A stretch of 64,000 bases of DNA from contig OU015566.1 in the NCBI GenBank assembly GCA_907165135.1, positions 2,108,001 to 2,172,000 of the forward strand, written 5' to 3'. The DNA is from Oikopleura dioica. Its lineage: Eukaryota; Animalia; Chordata. Each line of letters starts with the position of its first letter. Position 1 is the first letter of the stretch. Shown here piece after piece: positions 59,701-64,000 of this stretch. Position numbers and translations under genes: made by a program. The notes under the pieces were generated by a model, which was not told the origin of the DNA, ran no database searches, and saw nothing but the letters and a program-made list of their open reading frames with translations.

Positions 59701-60250
59701 GGGTACGCGTCGTTTGCTACGGTTTGGGGGGTTTGCGTATATTTCTACGATGCGTATATTTCTAGGGTGCGTATATTTCTACGGTCAAAAATGAGTCATA
59801 GGGACCGTAGCAATCGACGCACAGTTTAGGGTGGGCAAAAAGCCGAGTCGGTTTTGTCGGTTATTAATAAAAGTAAAAGAATTTAAAGCTATCTAAGTCG
59901 GTCGGAACGAGTGTCAGGTCGGTTTTCCCTTACAAAAAGATGAATAAAAATCATACTTTGACAATGCTTATTGCACCAAGGCTTAAAATTATTTTCCTTC
60001 ATATTGTTTTCATTTTTGTAAGCGGAAACCGACCAGACACTCGTTTCGACCGACTTAGATCGCTTTAAATTCTTGTAATTTTATTAATAACCGACAAAGC
60101 CGACCCGGCTTTTTGCCCATCCTAAACTGTGCGTCGATTGCTACGGTCCCAGTGACTCATTTTTGACCGAAGAAATATACGCACCGTAGAAATATACGCA
60201 TCGTAGAAATATACGCAAACCCCCCAAACCGTAGCATACGACGCGCACCC
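59701..60250. mobile_element. 550-bp Mutator-like hairpin element with a 9-bp TSD TAATACTTC
   Basis: TSD at 59692-59700 and 60251-60259. GG...CC termini. Inverted arms >200 bp with gcgtatatttcta subrepeats. Internal TAGGG...CCTA module at 59827-60124. Confidence 0.85.
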
Positions 60251-61445
60251 TAATACTTCTACCAATTTTTCGTTATTCCCTTACACTTTGCTCTCTTTCC
60301 AGGAAGAATTTACGATCAGTAACTCAAGCCTCTCTCCATTAGGTAAGTTTGTTCTGTCATTGTGCCCAGTGCCCGAATATGGGTCTTAACCCTAACCTTG
60401 AAAAAGAGCGAAAGAAGCGAACCAACATTTGGAATTTTGATTTCGGATGTTCCGCTTACAAATAACTTGCAGCGAAGAATTACAGATTTCCGTGACAACC
60501 TTTCAAAAGAATTTATCCCCCATTTTCCGATTATACCAGTGGTATAAACTCTTTCGTGTTTTCTAAGCTTTGTTCAATTTAATTTTAGACGCGATTTTAA
60601 TTGATTCGGCATTTTTTATAATTGTCAATTCCCTCTCTTATTGAACAATAGATGAATATGGTTCATCACGTTTTTAACAAGCATCGGTTAATTAAAGGAG
60701 TACGTTCGTTTTTTATTTAATTAACTCTGAGTGCGAAGGTGTACAAGTTTTTAGGCAAAACAACTACCTAAGTGGGACTTCAACAATTAGCGCAAAAACG
60801 AAACGTCGCCAGTTACGATGAACTCCTCAAGCAAACACCTTATCGCTAATGACAGGAAGTTTTATTTTATATTGACAGGGATGTCCATTGTGTTTTTCTT
60901 TGTTGTTCAGAGCGGATTTGGATCACCTTCTGGGCAGCGCCCGCAATTTGCTCTCCATAGCAACCTTGAAAAGTCTTTTCGACTTTTTGAGACTAATTTC
61001 TGATTACAACAAAGAGACCGATTTTCAGATTCAGAAGATATAAATAAAAAAAAGCAGACAACAAAAGTAATTAATTTTTTTTCATTTTAATAAATTTTTT
61101 TTTATTATTTTTTTATCAAAGTTCATCTCGAAAAAATCCGCTTTTGGTAATGTGTTTTTTGAAGGATCATCTTGATTTGCCATAGTTTTTCATTTTAATC
61201 CATTTCCAAACACTTGAGCATCCGTTATCAGATGCTTCTTTTACGCATTATTGACTCTGTCAAAGCAAGAAACTACTGACTAAATAATTACCTGTCAGAA
61301 GAAAGACAGAATCGAGAAAAACTTATTGCTTTCAGTTTTCCCATTCTCGCTTCGATGTCTTATTCCTGATTTTTACAGGAGATTTTTTAAGAGAAAGAGG
61401 AAAAAACTCAAAAAAGAAGGGAAGAAGAAACTAAAAAAAAGAAGG

Positions 61446-64000
61446 ATGAGCCTGGTTTCCGCCCCACATCGGATCGGATCCCAAAGATCCGGAATTTCTA
61501 GCGCCGCCGGATCCGTCCGACTCCCCGTCATCCAACATCCTTCTGCCCGTCTCGCTGCGCCTGAAACAATCTCCATCGCTGGCCGGTCTTCCGCGCTCTC
61601 CCAATCCATCGCTCTCGATCAAGCCGATTCCGTCCTCCGAGCTCCCGCTTCGAACTTTTCCAAAGCAACTTCGAGAACAGCTGCTTCTTCTCGATTCACC
61701 AATGCAACTGGCAGTCGAGTTTCAAAGCCTGAAACAGTGGCGAGACTAGCTGTTGATGAAATTGAAGCGATTTTGAAGCAGAAATTGGCCGGCGCGGGCC
61801 ATCATCAGGTTGAAAATGGGGAAATACGGGTTAACAGGTTACTTTCAGTTAAAAACTGCATGGGCAAACAACGATCTTGACGGAAAAGGACTGATAAACC
61901 GCGATGTCTTCCGCATTGTCTTATCAAAATTTCTAAATCGCGACATATCTTCCCGTCATATCGAACTACTGCTTCAGGAACCGAATTTCAAATATTTACA
62001 GAAGAGATTTTTATTCTCAGCAATTTTCTGCTGATTTTTCTGAATTCGAAAAAGAGACTTCACTGCGCGCACCTGACGCAACTGCGATTCTCGGATGTTT
62101 ATTCCCACTTCAAATCGGAAAGCAAATCCACTGGGCTTCCACTTTGGCTTGACAAGGCGCCGACCAAGAATGTCCCTGGCGACGTTGTTACAGGAAATCC
62201 AGTCTTTAAATGTTTTTGCTTCATTTTGGCATTAAATTTTGAATATGACTTATGAAGACTATTGTAAGCTTCTCATGCTTGGTCGAAATTGAAGTCAAAT
62301 TGGGGAACATTGAAGGATCTTCTGCCCGTTGATTTTGTCGCTGGATGGGTGGTGAAAGATGAGTTCAGGTGAGATAATAGGAAATGGATTGAAAAGCCCC
62401 CGGGGCAAGCTTACTCTCACCCAAGGTGGAAACCGAAGTCATCACTAATGACTCATCACTGATGATGACTCATCATTGATGATAACTCATCATTGATGAT
62501 GACTCATCAGATCATCTATCATATTATTTATTCTAGAGAATTCTTGATCCGCCGATTCGATCTCCATTTCGACTCAAAGAAAGAATACTCCAAATTATGG
62601 AAACGAATCGATTTGAACGGATTCAACGCGGTCAAAGTAGAAGACATCACAAAGCGAATCGCGGGGCCAGTACGACCATTTTCTTCAGAAGAATCGAGAG
62701 CGAAGAGGAAGCCAAATAAGTTCAACGATATCACCGTTATTGAACGAAAATCAGCAGAAGCGGAAGATTCCCTCGCTGCGCCAAAAACAGCAGTTTCTGA
62801 AAGAAAAATGATCAAGGGCAATATCGAGCAATGGCTAAAATACAAGTTCCGCGAAGGCTTCAAAGACCTCCGGGATGCCTTCAAGCTTCATGATCGCTCG
62901 GACACGGGGAGAATCGGAAGGAAAAATTTCAGACGAGTTCTGGGAAAATATGGGCTTCATTTGAAAGATGATCATGCTCTGAATACGCTGCTCTCGAGAG
63001 TCGGGATTTTGGAGCCGGGAGATGTAAATTACAAGATGTTTTTGACGCGATTTCAGGATCGGTCGGATCAGGGAATGACCTACGAAGTCCTCAAGAGAAA
63101 GGAGAAGAAGATTCTTGAGCGGCCAGGAACTCCAGGATCGACTGTCACCCGAATCGAGTCGAAAATACTGTCGATGCTTCAATCCGACTACCTCTCTCTC
63201 GTCGCTGCTTTCCAGTAAAACCATCTTCTTGATATCAAAGATAATTTAAAATTATTAATTTTAAATCAAGCAAATTGGATCGCGAGAACAAGAATATCAT
63301 CGCCAAATCTGAGTTCCAAGCCCTCCTTGAATCCCGATTCGGCCTTGAAATGGACTCAGATGAGTTCAACAGGCTTTTGAAAAATGTCCCGTTGGATAAA
63401 AAGGGGAACATAAGATACCCAGAATTTCTTTCTCAATTTGATGCTGGAAGAGATAACAGGTTTTGTTTATCATGAATCATTTAAAAAAACTTTCTAAGGT
63501 CTCTTTTTGCACCGACAGAATATACGTCTGCTTCTAGAGCTCGCCCTGTCAAGAAAAGAAAGACTGAAGGTTTGTGTTTTTCTTCAAAAATATTCTTATT
63601 TATCAGATTTGAACAACTTAATCGAAGTCGCCCTGCAAGAAAGCGTCTCCAAAGTCGAAGAATATTTTCGCGAAGTCGACCAGCTCAACCATGGATGGCT
63701 AACTGTCGAAACGCTTTACCAACTGCTCCAAAAACTCGACCTCTCCCCGCCTATTTCGAGAGACGAATGTAGAAAGCTCTGGCCGCAGTTTCGGCTGAAT
63801 GCGAAGAACACGCTTGATTGGGATGAGTTTTTGAGGCATTACATGTATTCTCAAGAGTAAGGTGATTTCATCGAAAAAATGGGAAAATAAATTTAGGACC
63901 GCTGCTTTCCCAAATGCAAAAAGAGCACCGCCGAGAAAGGGAGATGATGATTTGAACAGAAGATCGAATAAATTGAACGGAGTTGTTTATTATCTCAAAA
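61446..64000 (+). CDS. EFCAB6: EF-hand calcium-binding domain protein 6-like, 3' partial
   Basis: N-terminal 'LPVIQHP' and repeated EF-hand pairs ('AFKLHDRSDTGRIGRKNFRRVL', 'LDRENKNIIAKSEF', 'VPLDKKGNIRYPEFLSQF', 'VDQLNHGWLT'). Confidence 0.75.
61978..62268 (+). other. Two consecutive GA-AG introns (61978-62054 and 62194-62268)
   Basis: CAG|GAACC...AAAG and CAG|GAAAT...TAAG are the junctions that keep the EFCAB6 frame open. Nearby GT alternatives hit stops. Confidence 0.6.
62447..62512. repeat. Intronic tandem array of about 4 x 18-bp self-palindromic units (tgatgatgactcatcat)
   Basis: Read directly from the sequence. Each unit contains a TGACTCA-like core. Confidence 0.8.

Noticed and set aside
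61326-61445. N-terminal extension of EFCAB6 given by the ORF track
   Set aside because: It starts at TTG in low-complexity A-rich upstream sequence; ATG 61446 fits the family N-terminus better.
62430-62520. Hammerhead ribozyme (CTGATGA core)
   Set aside because: No stem II followed by GAAA downstream of CTGATGA; the motif is a by-product of the tandem repeat.
1-64000. tRNA, rRNA or snRNA genes
   Set aside because: No cloverleaf, A/B-box pair or rRNA-like segment was recognised by eye. tRNAscan-SE and Infernal would be needed to exclude them.

Overview
Compact animal genomic DNA, most likely the larvacean tunicate Oikopleura. This is inferred from the many ~40-90 nt introns, GA-AG non-canonical introns, short same-strand intergenic gaps suggesting operons, and Oikopleura-type kelch-like proteins. 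Conserved genes: GTF3C3 (5' partial), profilin, a HECW-like HECT ligase, TMEM258, NDRG, a 3R-MYB (B-Myb-like), a short troponin T, RPLP0, a CHST-type sulfotransferase, a heme peroxidase and EFCAB6 (3' partial). Lineage-specific secreted or membrane genes: four paralogous CUB-PAN-like proteins with a furin site, two Sushi-TM paralogues (one nested in a HECW intron), a ZP protein, a Lys/Asn-rich secreted protein and a protein with tetherin-like topology. Non-autonomous mobile DNA is abundant. Most notable observations: (1) a 3.97-kb poly(A)-ended insertion in a promoter that carries an antisense, intron-containing orphan gene; (2) a 2.87-kb Mutator-like element with a 9-bp TSD inside a coding exon, whose ends would allow frame-preserving splicing; (3) a recurrent short terminal stem in every AG|GAA...AG intron found; (4) the CUB paralogue array head-to-head with the peroxidase. 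All gene models were assembled by eye, all family calls rest on recalled motifs, and no database search was run.
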